A stretch of DNA of 62,469 bases, filler included, from Squatina squatina (lineage: Eukaryota), in assembly GCA_031763465.1 (NCBI GenBank). It is 4 parts of 4 records of this genome, joined end to end, with 100 filler letters (N's around TTAATTAATTAA, not from the genome) between each part and the next. Parts side by side here need not be neighbours in the genome. Positions count along the whole stretch, not along the records: positions 34,460 to 47,759 come from JARFOE010000001.1; positions 47,860 to 62,469 come from JARFOE010000219.1; 2 more parts are not named here. One strand, written 5' to 3'. Position numbers and translations under genes: made by a program. Numbering within the stretch: position 1 is the stretch's first letter; each line of letters begins with the position of its first letter. Under the pieces are notes generated by a model. That model made no database searches. It saw only the letters and a list, made by a program, of their open reading frames with translations, and had not been told where the DNA came from. Shown one piece after another: positions 36,692-50,324 of the stretch.

Positions 36692-36845
36692 CAAGCGATT
36701 GCCATGGGTCAGTTGCTACTGGGCTGCCTGCTTCTCCCCATGGGTCAGATTTTTCTATATGAACTGGTCGGATAGATATTTGCCAGGTTGCATTTTTTTG
36801 TGATGCTGCAGTTGACGAGGAATCCTTGAAAGCAATCATGGGTGC
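36692..36845 (-). CDS. Epsin-family exon with DPW motifs (APMIAFKDSSSTAASQKNATWQISIRPVHIEKSDPWGEAGSPVATDPWQSL)
   Basis: AG/GTAAG boundaries, 154 bp, phase 0-1; two DPW AP-2-binding motifs. Confidence 0.7.
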
Positions 36846-39579
36846 CTGTTATTTAATTGGGAGGTGGGAAGAAAAGAAAAAGGTCAACAGAAATACTGAA
36901 AGAAAAGTTACTGCGAAACAAAAACATATTCTGACCTGGGATAAAACTCAGGCTGGTACATCATTCAATGTAGTTTTCAGAATTTAAGAATTCTAAATTG
37001 TTTCCTTTGGTCTACGTTACACTTTTTCTGTAATTAATTCATACTCTTACTTTCAGGACTGAAGAATTATTGAGCAATACCTTTTTTTGAAAGGGCAGAC
37101 AGTGGGAAGCCTCCCTCACTGGTACCTATTCCTTCCTGTACCATCCGCAAGTGAAAGAACGGGCAGGCAAATTTTTCGCAATAGCTTTCACGTAGCTGTG
37201 CAAGAAGGGCCAATGCTTGACTCTTGCTTTCTATGGCAAAGTGCTCAGCTTCTGGTTTTCACCTCCCATAACAACATAACCGATAGAGAAATCAGTAAAA
37301 GGAGAAGAGGTTGGCAAGGGAAGTAGCATCAAGTAGGGTGAGGAACTGAGAGTGGCATGTTGTCGTAAATAAGAGAGAATAGAAAGGAGGCATATGGGTG
37401 GCAGAAGAAGGGGAAAGGTGTTCGGGCTGAGAGCTGCAGTGAGGGCCAGGCAATATGCAGATGCAAGTAGTTTTAGGCTACAAAATTAAATACAAAAAGT
37501 GGACCAAAACGTGGTAATGCAACTCCTATAGGTAAAAGGACAAAGGTCTAATTGTTGGCGATTAATCCAGGGCCAGTGTCAAAGATTGAAAAAAAACATG
37601 AGCTTAACAGAACTGATGTGGACAAGGCCCATCCCTCAGAAGTGAGGTTTGAGCTCATGGGGATTCCCAGAGCTATCACAAAGCTCAATAAAACAGCATG
37701 TAATCATATGCAAGAGGTCTCTAGAGACAATTACCAACATGCACGAAAGGTGCCTCGCTTCTAAATCTAATTAATATATTTGAGCCTTTTTAATTCAACC
37801 ACTAAGCTTGTTTCATGCAATTTTGTTTTCACAGTTTACAGCATTTGCAAACAATGTGAGATTTAAGCCAGGACAAGATGACTAGAATGGGAGACAAGGA
37901 AGGGAAGTTCTTCACTTAAGTTAACAATAGTGATCTCTGCTATGGCTTCCAGTCAGAAAAGCTTATTATCACTCTAATGTATCCAGAACAAGACAAAATA
38001 CCCTTCAATAATGAAAAGTGACAAGTACTATGAGAATAGGAGGATGGATCAATAGCAGAAACGGAGGATGGATCAATAACTGTTGTTTAGGGGATTAGAT
38101 GAGGTAGCCTTGGAATCATGTTTAACGCTTTTGTTAAGATTACATTTTGAGGTAATTCAGGCGAGGGGTAATAATGTTGGGAATGGAACAGTTTTGCATT
38201 ATTTACACAAAGTCCCAGTACCAAACACTCCCAGGGCAGGTTTAATATAGAGTAGATATGGCTTAGGATGGGGGAGGGGGAAGTATGAGCAGGTATGGTA
38301 AGGAACCTCACCCACCACCAGCGCACAAATTTTGGTGATGTAGTAACGCTTGCTGTATTCTGCCCCAACAAAGTGCATTAAAACTAATCTCCAAAGAACA
38401 CCTTCCACTGCATGACAATTATATTTCTATTTCGAACAAATTCCTCATGGCCCCTGTGAATGAGATTGGATTGCCCAATTATTGTCAACAGTGGTCTATG
38501 TAAAGCCTAGCCAAACACAGACTTATATGAGAGCTAAAGTTGAATGTACAGTATACAATTAAATAGAAGATAACTCATCGATAATAGTGAACTTACATCG
38601 CAACAATGAAATACCCACAATGCGGAACTCGTCTTTCTGTGTGCCAAGAAATCAGGTAAATTATTAAGTGTGATTTCAAATACTTCTGGAAGATTGCATA
38701 CTGTCAGTGACCAATAAGTATCATTAAACATATATGATATAATTCACAAAATATTAGTCCTATGGGTAATCCCATTACCAGATGCACACAAAGACTGAGA
38801 TCTACTTTCACTGCTGTGCCTTGTGGATAAACCAGCTCAATCCTCAATCAGTCATTATGTTTCTATATACCTTCAGCTGACATTTCTTTGGGGCAGATTT
38901 GCATGTCACCACAGGGATATCTTTAAAGCTTGGTATGTCTGGGTAGTTTAAGTAGGCTTAAATTCTTTTAGGGACTCATAATAATCCATTTGCTTTCTGA
39001 CTATGAACAGCTGGAATTCATGTTGGCTGAGTTTTATCACTTTAGTAAAGCCATAAGAATGAGACGGAAGAAGATGGGTTTATATATTTGTCTGTATGAC
39101 TGAGACAAAAGAGGAGATGCTAAAAAGGGCAGGCTTGTAATAGAAGTAGCTTAGCATCAAGCGTTGAAACCCATGAAGGGGACAGAACTGAAGAACAAAT
39201 TTTCAAGCCATATAGATAATGACAGACACACTTGTCAAGTCATGCACATCTTGTATGAGACACACATTTTGTTGCTGAGAACTAATATATTTTCTTTACG
39301 AGTTCAGCAAATAGAAATTGGATTGATCGAAAGAAGGTCAGTGGCTGTCACTTGCATTTTTAAAGAACATCACACCTGGTTGTACAGTTAATGGGCCCTC
39401 TTCATCCATACTTATGGTTATGTAATAGGTAAGAAGTGCAATATGTATCCATAAGAATTTTCCTGGCCTTTTGAAAGCGCAAAGAGAAATTGGAAACAAA
39501 TTACTATCAATCAATTGGACCCTTCACTCTGAATGAGTTGATGTATATAGGCGATCTTAACACATTGTATCAGTTTATC

Positions 39580-39739
39580 ATAGAAAGATAGAATGGTTAC
39601 AGCACAGAAGGAGGACATTTGGCCCGTTGAGCCTGAGCTGGCTCTCTGCAAGAGCACTTCACCTAATCCCACTCCCCATCCTTTCCCCATAGCCCTGCAA
39701 ATTTTTTTCCTTCAGGTACTTTTCCAATTGTCCAAATTA
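39580..39739 (-). mobile_element. CR1 3' tail
   Basis: CATAGAA..ACAGCACAGAAGGAGG..TTTGGCCC signature, also seen at 53630 and 57610. Confidence 0.7.
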
Positions 39740-41507
39740 NNNNNNNNNNNNNNNNNNNNNNNNNNNNNNNNNNNNNNNNNNNNNNNNNNNNNNNNNNNNN
39801 NNNNNNNNNNNNNNNNNNNNNNNNNNNNNNNNNNNNNNNTTTGGCTTGTGCCCAAAAATAGCATTTTAATGTGTCTGCACAGCATTAACAGTTAACTCCA
39901 CTTCAGGATCCTGAAGCACGGTTTCCTTGAGTTTTTTGGAAGCTTATATTTTGCTAACGTTATTGCCAGCGTTAATATCACTAGACTCATTTATAAAGAT
40001 CAAGTGGCTAATTTCTGGCTCATTAAACTGATTAATTTGGATTATTACAACTTGTACTTGATTGGATAGCTAATTTTAATGTTGGTGATATTACCACTAG
40101 AGAGAAAGCAGAATAGTCTGTGTCAGCGCTTTTGTGGTACATCACCATTAATGTTGTCAAGTTAATGCTCAAATGCTATATAAAACACCAATTGTATAAT
40201 CTAGCCTATGATATTCAGTAATATACAGTATGTGGGGAGTGCAGAGGTCAAAATAACCTGCAGTAACTTGCACTTGATTCACCAAATCCCCTAAAATTTT
40301 CCATTATGCTGAACCATTTTATGGACCCTCTACACCTCCATCCTCCACCAGGACGGCCTGAGGATGCTCCAATTGTTACTCGAACAGAGACCCAACCAGG
40401 CCCCATACACCACCTCCCTCCTGTGACTGGCTGAACTTATTCTCACATTTAGCAACTTCTCTGTNNNNNNNNNNNNNNNNNNNNNNNNNNNNNNNNNNNN
40501 NNNNNNNNNNNNNNNNNNNNNNNNNNNNNNNNNNNNNNNNNNNNNNNNNNNNNNNNNNNNNNNNGAACTGATGAAGAATAATAATGTTCTTTCTCAGTGT
40601 GCTGGCTATATTTTCATGTATGGTGGCTGATAAAATAGCTGAATGTGTTTTTCTTTTGAACGAGCAACATAAATCTGACAACTGATCATTCAGCTCTCCA
40701 CAAGAGGAGAGTGATAATAAGGGAAATTAATGCATGTAATGGCACCATAGACTGCTGGATACAGTATGACTGTATCGGGTGGTGGGTTTATTGACCTTAC
40801 AGTAGCTAAAGACATTATGTTATGCTAATGGCTCCAGTGTAGCTAGAACAATTTGATATTTAATGTGATGCATGTAGCTTATATCTTCACTGGTGTTAAA
40901 ATGCTAAGATGTTTTAATATTAATAGTGCCGTCAGTCAAATGGAATAAAACAGAAGCTGCAGATTAAGCTAAGTAAGCTGATAATAAAGATGTGTAAAGA
41001 TTAGCATTGGCAAAAATGTCATATCCAATTAGTACAGCACCAATGACGCTTTTTTAAAGATTGAGTTGAATATATTTAGATTTCCTGTTTCATTTAAATT
41101 TATAATCATTGCAGTTTAGCTCAGCACAGCATGAAGTCGGTTAGCCATTAGGTATGAGTTGCTATGTTGACAGCTGACACTCTTGAGTGTGCAGCTGTTT
41201 GAATTTAATATCTGGTGGCTCATATTCCATTTGGGTTGTTGCCTCCCAGGCAAAATAAATTCCATATCTCTCATGTTGGAAAATTACTTTTTATGACATG
41301 GCATTGTTGGTCACACATGATATTTTACAAACCTATGATGTATTGGGTATAGCAATAAGCTTTTCTGTTTATGAATTCTGAAGGAAAGAAAAACCTTTTC
41401 ATATTTGATATGATTTCATGTTAAAAAATAAAAGTTTATAGGATTTTGTGCTTGCAAAAGTGGCTGACAAGTGTGCTTAGAGAAATCACTGCTTTGTTTT
41501 GCTGCAG

Positions 41508-41617
41508 AGGCAAGATTGTCCTAGGTTACACTGAGGCTGAATTATGTATGCGAGGATCCGGCTATCAATTTATTCATGCAGCTGACATGATGTATTGTGC
41601 AGAAAACCATGTCCGAA
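41508..41617 (+). CDS. AHR: Aryl hydrocarbon receptor PAS-B exon ([36 protein letters not shown])
   Basis: Unambiguous AHR ligand-binding-domain peptide; 110 bp, AG/GTAAGT; paralogue unresolved. Confidence 0.93.
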
Positions 41618-44600
41618 GTAAGTACAGTTTTCAATTTTTTGCCAATGCACTTTTTGTTTTCATTTGGAAAAGAGCCTCCGTTCATCCAGTCATACAGATT
41701 GGAGTTTTACAATCCTTANNNNNNNNNNNNNNNNNNNNNNNNNNNNNNNNNNNNNNNNNNNNNNNNNNNNNNNNNNNNNNNNNNNNNNNNNNNNNNNNNN
41801 NNNNNNNNNNNNNNNNNNATTGCGAAAGTATAAGCAGAAATTACGTGCAGTGCAAAACACATTTTCACGATCTTTTCCACTAGTTTTAAAATCTAGACGC
41901 AGGCCCGACCACAAAACTGGCCACATCTCCAGGGTAAAACATTCACCATTGGGAGTTTCCATCTTGAAAGGTTTTGAATTCATTATTTTTTAAAGTTTAC
42001 TAAAGACTAGACTAATGTACCGCAATTTAACTAGAAAATAGTTTTGTATATTTTTTTTAAAGTCATTTTCAGTAATTTAAAATCGGGTTACTCACAGCCA
42101 GTGAATTGATACTGTGATTTAAAAAGCTTATTGTTCATGATAAATCTATTTTCAGCCGTATTAATCAAACCTTACCAAGTTACCACTCTTAAATATATTA
42201 AGGAGTATTTTTTAAAGCAATGTTTTAAAACGATGCCCGATTGCTCTGGTTCATGGCAGATTTTGCGTTTGCCGATATGCAAACAAGTTTCAGCAGAAAC
42301 CTGGGAGGAAGAAAAAGCCTGTCAAAACAGGTGCAATTTTGGGNNNNNNNNNNNNNNNNNNNNNNNNNNNNNNNNNNNNNNNNNNNNNNNNNNNNNNNNN
42401 NNNNNNNNNNNNNNNNNNNNNNNNNNNNNNNNNNNNNNNNNNNNNNNNNNNNNNNNNNNNNNNNNNNNNNNNNNNNNNNNNNNNNNNNNNNNNNNNNNNN
42501 NNNNNNNNNNNNNNNNNNNNNNNNNNNNNNNNNNNNNNNNNNNNNNNNNNNNNNNNNNNNNNNNNNNNNNNNNNNNNNNNNNNNNNNNNNNNNNNNNNNN
42601 NNNNNNNNNNNNNNNNNNNNNNNNNNNNNNNNNNNNNNNNNNNNNNNNNNNNNNNNNNNNNNNNNNNNNNNNNNNNNNNNNNNNNNNNNNNNNNNNNNNN
42701 NNNNNNNNNNNNNNNNNNNNNNNNNNNNNNNNNNNNNNNNNNNNNNNNNNNNNNNNNNNNNNNNNNNNNNNNNNNNNNNNNNNNNNNNNNNNNNNNNNNN
42801 NNNNNNNNNNNNNNNNNNNNNNNNNNNNNNNNNNNNNNNNNNNNNNNNNNNNNNNNNNNNNNNNNNNNNNNNNNNNNNNNNNNNNNNNNNNNNNNNNNNN
42901 NNNNNNNNNNNNNNNNNNNNNNNNNNNNNNNNNNNNNNNNNNNNNNNNNNNNNNNNNNNNNNNNNNNNNNNNNNNNNNNNNNNNNNNNNNNNNNNNNNNN
43001 NNNNNNNNNNNNNNNNNNNNNNNNNNNNNNNNNNNNNNNNNNNNNNNNNNNNNNNNNNNNNNNNNNNNNNNNNNNNNNNNNNNNNNNNNNNNNNNNNNNN
43101 NNNNNNNNNNNNNNNNNNNNNNNNNNNNNNNNNNNNNNNNNNNNNNNNNNNNNNNNNNNNNNNNNNNNNNNNNNNNNNNNNNNNNNNNNNNNNNNNCGTT
43201 TCATGTAGTTGCTTGGATAAATGCAATCTTCTGCCAGATGACTCTATGAAGGATCCTAACTGATGTGACAAGTTTCCAGTCTATTGTCCCAGTTGTGTTT
43301 TGCCCCGCAGCTGTCTGGGATTGTCAGATTCCATTCGCCTCTCTTTCTCTGAATCATCCAAATTGTCCTCGTATTCGCCTCGACATCCATATTGAATTTA
43401 TTTACATGACATGGTTGCTTTTTATGTAAAGTAAATAACATGAGAGAAAATAACTAAATCAGGAGCCTGTGGACATGGTCTCCATTCTTAAAAGGACTTC
43501 ATAGCAAAATTAAACATTGTGAATTACATGATCCTTGTAAAACTTACCATAAAAACACTATCAGGATATCCAGTAGTGTGTATTTTTGTGCATAGATATC
43601 TACACACACACACACATATTTATATAAATAATGAGTCGATTTTACATGGTACTGTACGTGGGAGCCAACTGTTGCATTGATTTAAAATATCTGTCATCTC
43701 CTGCTGTAAATTGCTTAAAACATTANNNNNNNNNNNNNNNNNNNNNNNNNNNNNNNNNNNNNNNNNNNNNNNNNNNNNNNNNNNNNNNNNNNNNNNNNNN
43801 NNNNNNNNNNNNNNNNNNNNNNNNNAACATTATAATCACATTATTCCTTCAAGCGACAATCGTGTATGGTTCTGCAATTTCATTATTAAAATTATGTATT
43901 ATGCGCCGGGGCATCAGAAGGAAAAATGAGGAAACTGCAAGATTCAATTCAACCCTGCAAAAGCCAGACTGCACACTCGAGTCTCAGAAAGAACATCGCA
44001 AACTGTGTAGACAGTCACATCTTTAGCTTCACAACTCAATTACACTGATGCAAATTATCAAATCAACAGGGGAATAGTCGCACTCCACCTCCATATCAGA
44101 TGAGGATTAAACTGAGCAAGACAAATTTCAACACTTTTATTACTGCGACATGTATAACTCTTTTATTTTCACAATATATAACTTCAACAGAAATCAAAAA
44201 CAGTCAGCTGGGCAGATCATTTACCGTGCTGAGTCACACTGATGTTTACTGACCAATGTATTTATACCAAATATAATTTCACTGCTCAGTACACTAACAA
44301 TCCCCCTTCGAAAGAAAGAAATACAAAATAACTCACTAATCAACCACCTTCACACATCCATTAAAACTGCAAATTAATCACTTGTCAGCATTTAAGAAAC
44401 ATTTGTACGTATATCTACATTCGCAATGCAAAATGAGGCAAATGCCCATAGTTAAAAAAAGACAACTGCAAATTCTGAAACTTGCACAAAAAATTAAATA
44501 TGAATATACCAACACGTGCATAAAAATAATTTATTCATTTCAATAGACTCCTAATTCATCGAGCTTTAGTGTATCAAATTTGCAAATATGTAGTCTAGTT

Positions 44601-44648
44601 GCCCCACTAATCTTACCTTCAATGCATAATGATAAAGTTTCCATTTAT

Positions 44649-44937
44649 TTAAGTATTACTGTCACATTCGCTTTGCCGTGGATTCTCCAGTATCAACTGT
44701 GAGCAGTCTACATTTTCTCCATGCACAGTATAGTATCTAACTTCCTAAAACTACCACAGCATCAATGTCACTTATTTCATACTATAACTGAACAACTATC
44801 TACTGGTCACCCCTCTGTCAATAACTCTACTGACCACTGCTGTCTCCATTTTTGAGTTTGTAGGTATTTTCTCAGGTTCAGCATCACAGACTGCTTCTAT
44901 GTACAACTTTGTGCTCTCTATTGTACTTGCTCCATAT
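44649..44937 (-). CDS. Two candidate terminal exons of an unidentified gene (44835-44937 and 44649-44744)
   Basis: Phase-compatible AG/GT exons, 90-bp intron, TAA overlapping AATAAA; no homology recognised. Confidence 0.3.
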
Positions 44938-47289
44938 CTAGGTAAATGTCAGACAGAAACCTTTATCATTGTATTTTGACTAGCTGGGTAGTTCAGGTAC
45001 TGTTGCGGAGCAAGGGGAAAAGAGACGATGAGTTAATAGTAATTACATCAGTAATTATATCTTCTCGGGAGATACAAAACAACAAAGCCATTTCTCTTGC
45101 TTCAGCACCCAATATAAAAATGAATTTCAAAACACTGTCCTTGATTTGTCTACAAGGCAGTTTGTTACCATGGAGTCTCGGACTTATCCTATCAGTGGCA
45201 GTCTCAGACTAACTGCTGACCGACAGCAAGCCATTCAAAATCCTTTGAAGATACAACAAAAAAGGGCATAAGATTGTACCTCTCATAACAACATTAGGTC
45301 ATCATCTATTCACAGGATTCAAAGCAATGTTTGCCCATAAATATACAACTGCCATTTACAGTAGGGCTCAAAGACATCTCTCATTATGTCTGTCTCCACC
45401 CAATCGAGTTAAGCTGACCAATTTGAATCTGCAGGTATATCAGGAAATACTTCTTACAATAATGTCCTTGAAGTGATCTTTTGCAACACTAAGCTGTAAT
45501 GTGTATGCTCTGCAGCTTGAGGAAACAGCTTTCAGTATCTAACATTTAATATGATTGCTAGATTCCTGGGCAAAGATAATAAAATGCATATGCATGTGGC
45601 CAGTAGCTCCCTATATGTCATAAACAGCAGGTGACTGGATGGGAGAAGTGTTAATTTTGATGGCTGGGTTTACATTGCATCAAGTGCTCATTATGTAAGG
45701 TTCATACAAAGTAGCTACAATCCAGCTAAATGCAGAGGATATGGAATGGCAGAAGCAAATCCCAAATGTTTCCAAAGTCAGCAGTCACCCTTTTGAACTT
45801 AATGATAAACAATAACTACAGTAATAACTATAGGCTGAAATTTTACTAAATAAAACTGATGNNNNNNNNNNNNNNNNNNNNNNNNNNNNNNNNNNNNNNN
45901 NNNNNNNNNNNNNNNNNNNNNNNNNNNNNNNNNNNNNNNNNNNNNNNNNNNNNNNNNNNNNACTGTACCTATATTGTCCCACACTTGAGGAAGCTCACAT
46001 GAGGGCATATAATAGAATCAGGAATCCAAAATCCAGTTAATATGGTTCTCTGGGCGACCCTTAACATTGCTACAAATTGCCTAGTTATTAAGCTGGTAAC
46101 GGCACACTATGCACCATAGGAGCAAGGGCTTGCCTACCATGCTGAACCTGAGAAACCCCAGACACATAACACCATTAATGTATTTCACAAGTCTATAATT
46201 TTTGTTAATTTTTGAAGTTTCCCACTGGTACTCATTATATATAATTTGGAAAATGGCCCTCTGATATTTTAAATGAAGTATTTCCATTACGTCAGTGCAG
46301 TGCATCTTGTATTTTTGTTTTCCCAGCATACATGTAGTATTATAATTAGTAACAAAGCTTAGTCCTAAATTCTTCAATGGTTTAACCTTTTNNNNNNNNN
46401 NTGAGGCAGAAAGAATAAAGAAGCTTGCACAGGAACAGCTGTATTGCCTTTTGGCCAGGAGATTGCTGGATAAAACAAAGCGTTAAACTCTGCCAAACTT
46501 CAAACCAAACCTCAAATTAATTGTGATGTGCGACAAGAGTCCCTGAGTCTAAACAGCTTTCAATCCTCAGCCAAGTGTACAGCCCCTCAAGCTGCCGCTC
46601 AGCGGAGATTTCAAGTTATTGGTAGAATCTTTGAAAGTATTCAGCATATGTGCTCTCTAACAGAGTCTGTAATTTTCCATGTTCTATTTCCACGTAGTTG
46701 GAAATTCCCTAAGGATCCCTTTCCAGTTCAACACTTTTCCAAGAATAACACTTCAGCAGTACAGCCTGACANNNNNNNNNNNNNNNNNNNNNNNNNNNNN
46801 NNNNNNNNNNNNNNNNNNNNNNNNNNNNNNNNNNNNNNNNNNNNNNNNNNNNNNNNNNNNNNNNNNNNNNNTCCACTGTCGGTACTTTTCACGTCCTTTA
46901 TAATCACCTCAACTGACATTGTCACCTCAGCTGTGTCCTGTATCCCCTTGGTACCTCATTATTCATCTTACTTCACACATCATCTCATTTGCTCCCTAAC
47001 CTTTCCGCTCACCCTATATTACCCTGCGATGTGCTTTGTATCTCAGTTTACTCTTCTGTTTTTTTTAAAAAGTGCTATTTGAAAAGTGACTCACGCTTGA
47101 AACATACTTCCTGACCTTTCTTCTTTTTCACTGAGTGCTCTAGAATCACATTGCGTTGCCAGTAGCAGCATCTACACTGACACTGCACCCTCTCGCATTT
47201 CAATATCTCCTATTACACCTATATAACTTGGTAATTAAGCCAAACAGAAAGAAAGATTTGATGTGCTTTTTTTGGAAAGCCATAGTTAC

Positions 47290-47545
47290 CTGTCTTAACA
47301 CTGGAAATGACCCGTCTGCAAAGACAGTGGGGTAGATTTCTGTCTTCGCTACCTGGGCGTGAAGGACCAGACAGGATGGAGCACAGTATGGCATCGAGGA
47401 TCGCACAACAGTAATGGAACCCAGCCGATTTTCCTTCCTTTGAAATGAATGGAAGAAAAATCCGACAGATTCTGTAAGAGGCATGCGACACTCCATGTCA
47501 GATCTTCCTTTCTGCATTCTGCTCAGGCTGTGTTTAACGCCCAGG
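47290..47545 (-). CDS. Candidate exon of an unidentified gene
   Basis: CTTCATCTTTTCAG acceptor, CAG|GTAACT donor, one frame open for 85 codons. Confidence 0.3.
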
Positions 47546-47759
47546 CTGAAAAGATGAAGATCGATCCCAATATTAATGAAAAATCATCAGAGCTGTCGGG
47601 GTAGACTTGTGCTGCCTCGTATCTATTTATGTGACAGCACAACTCAGGGATGTAACAATGGTGCTCCCTTGTGATCTGAACTGGATATTCGTGACTTTTG
47701 CACGGTCATCTCCAATCTGCCCCATTTTTCTACAGCTTATAAATCTAAATATGGAAACA

Positions 47760-47859
47760 NNNNNNNNNNNNNNNNNNNNNNNNNNNNNNNNNNNNNNNNN
47801 NNNTTAATTAATTAANNNNNNNNNNNNNNNNNNNNNNNNNNNNNNNNNNNNNNNNNNNN
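47760..47859. other. Artificial scaffold linker
   Basis: TTAATTAATTAA at 47804-47815 between 44-N runs. Confidence 0.97.
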
Positions 47860-50149
47860 CCCATATGGATTTGTTTTTCCTGTCCTTGCCCAGGGACAGT
47901 GAAGCCAATGGCCGCATCAAAGCAGGACCTTGAGATTTATTGCCATAGCACACACCAGGAATTGAACCTAGAGAGCTTCCAAGTGCAGTACGTTACTTGG
48001 TGGTATTCCCACAACTGCTTAAAATTTGAAACCATTTTGAGTTGAATCTCAAACATTTACTTCTCTGCAATTGCAGAGAATCTTTATTCTGTAATTAAAA
48101 CAAACAAAAGATTAACGCAAAAGACAATGGGGAAAAAAAAAATGAAACACACGAAGTTGACACTCAGGAACTCAAGCAAACCCTACCCACTGCCACCCCC
48201 AGTTCATTGCATGAGTCATAGTATGGCGTAATCGCCCTGTATCCAGTTAATGTCACTTATGGTTTCATCTGCAGCTTTAATGGAAACTGAAAGGTCACAA
48301 GCATCAGATTTCTGATCACAGTGACCGCCTCCTCTTTTTAATAGCTTGGTTTCTACTGAGGGACAACATAGGTAAATGACTCATCAACAGCTTACTAATG
48401 GCATAGCAGCATCAACTCAAGTATCTCCAGGTAGATTTATTGTAATTTCTTTACAACCTACAGTGTGACGCATTTTCTATTTAACTCATGTAGTGCAGGG
48501 CTAAAAANNNNNNNNNNNNNNNNNNNNNNNNNNNNNNNNNNNNNNNNNNNNNNNNNNNNNNNNNNNNNNNNNNNNNNNNNNNNNNNNNNNNNNNNNNNNN
48601 NNNNNNNGGGGGGTGGGTATAGTGGAGAAATTGTTCTTGGGTATAGTATCAGAAACCACTTGAAATCTTTGGTAGTCCAAAAATAAACAATGGACTGGAG
48701 TCTTGAAACATTTGACCGTATGAATTCAATGAACAAAAAAACTACACTACATGACTGGGATTTTAAGTTTAGTTCTGAAATCCCACAGCACTTTATTCAT
48801 AACGCGGTAGATGTGATCTCTGTGTTCAGCATGAAGGTATTTTTGCACAGAGATAAGTGTGATTACCCCTCTACTGAATACCATGAGTCATACCTTGTGT
48901 ATTCGTGCACAACATATAAAAGAGAGCTCAAGAAATTAAAAATTAAGTGTCTGACTGATGCTTCATACTGTGTGGGTGGCTGGCAGTTTTGTTGCAATTC
49001 ATGCAGAGATTTCATAATGGGTATTTTGAAATGCCTAGCTTGTTAATTGAATTGCTTATATTGCTCGGCATATCTGCAACATTGTTCGGGTGCAGTATTA
49101 AAAAAATTTAGATGAACACACCAGAGCAAAAATTAACTCAACAATTACATATTGAACCACTGGTTCTGTTAGAAAGCATTTGGAATGAATAACGTGCGGA
49201 CTCAACCTGGAGCTGCGGACGCACCAAGCTATCTGGAGCCTTTTCCTTTGAGCCAACATAATGTAAACAAGACCTTTCCCTCCCTCCTCAAGTAGGTAAG
49301 AATTGGCTGCATCTTAACAACAATTTCATTCTAAAGCCCACAAGCAGTAATGGCCCAAGCCCAACAGGCCTCTTTCTATTTAGGTGGAACTTTGATGTGC
49401 CCCTCATGCAGCTATACCCCTGGAATTCTTGCTAAATTATCCACCCCCAAATGCACATTGTTATCACAAGCATCTTGACAACTGCAATGTGCTACTGTAT
49501 TCGCCGGTGTGTACCATGTGTCAAAACNNNNNNNNNNNNNNNNNNNNNNNNNNNNNNNNNNNNNNNNNNNNNNNNNNNNNNNNNNNNNNNNNNNNNNNNN
49601 NNNNNNNNNNNNNNNNNNNNNNNNNNNTTCGGTCATTTAAGACATTATTTGAATTAAGTACTCATTCCATGGTTATTGACAACAATATTAAAATTAGAAA
49701 AGCAAGGTCTTATTATAATAGTAATATATTATTCAGAAAATACTGTCTTATTCTGACATTACAGTTTTTCTTGATTTTTGCTGAACTGCGTGCGGCAATT
49801 TAAAAGCCATCGGAAAATTTCATAAAACCATAATATCTTACTCAATGGCTTGTTTATTGTGCTTTTTGACATTTAAAAGGAAACTAATGATAAAAAGAAA
49901 TTAGATTTTCTGCAATTTTCCCCAGAGACTGAAAAGCTTTTCTTAGCGACAGTAATAAAAAGTGAAACAAATGTGTAATAACTGCTAACAAAAACAGTAA
50001 GAAGGAGATGTTCTTTTGTACTCATTGTTTCCTTGTTTTGATTGGCTCCTTTCTGTCCATTTGAGCCAGGCACAATTTTCTGTCACCAGGTCCTTGCCGA
50101 CACCATGCTTGAGCTGGATACAAGGGGACATGGCTAACTTGAATCACCT

Positions 50150-50324
50150 TGTTTTTTTTAAATTCATTCCTGGGATGTGGGCGTCGCTGGATTTATTACC
50201 CATCCCTAGTTGCCCTTGAGAAGGTGATGATGAGCCACTTCCTTGAACCGCTGCAGTCCATGTGGTGAAGGAACTTCCACAGCGCTGTTAAGGAAGGAGT
50301 TCCAGGATTTTGACCCAGTGACGA
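50150..50324 (-). mobile_element. LINE 3' end remnant
   Basis: VTGSKSWNSF..QRFKEVAHHHLL terminal ORF peptide followed by an A-rich tail on the minus strand. Confidence 0.6.

Noticed and set aside
38595-38684. AG/GTAAGT-bounded candidate exon
   Set aside because: Short, weak pyrimidine tract, two open frames and no recognisable peptide.
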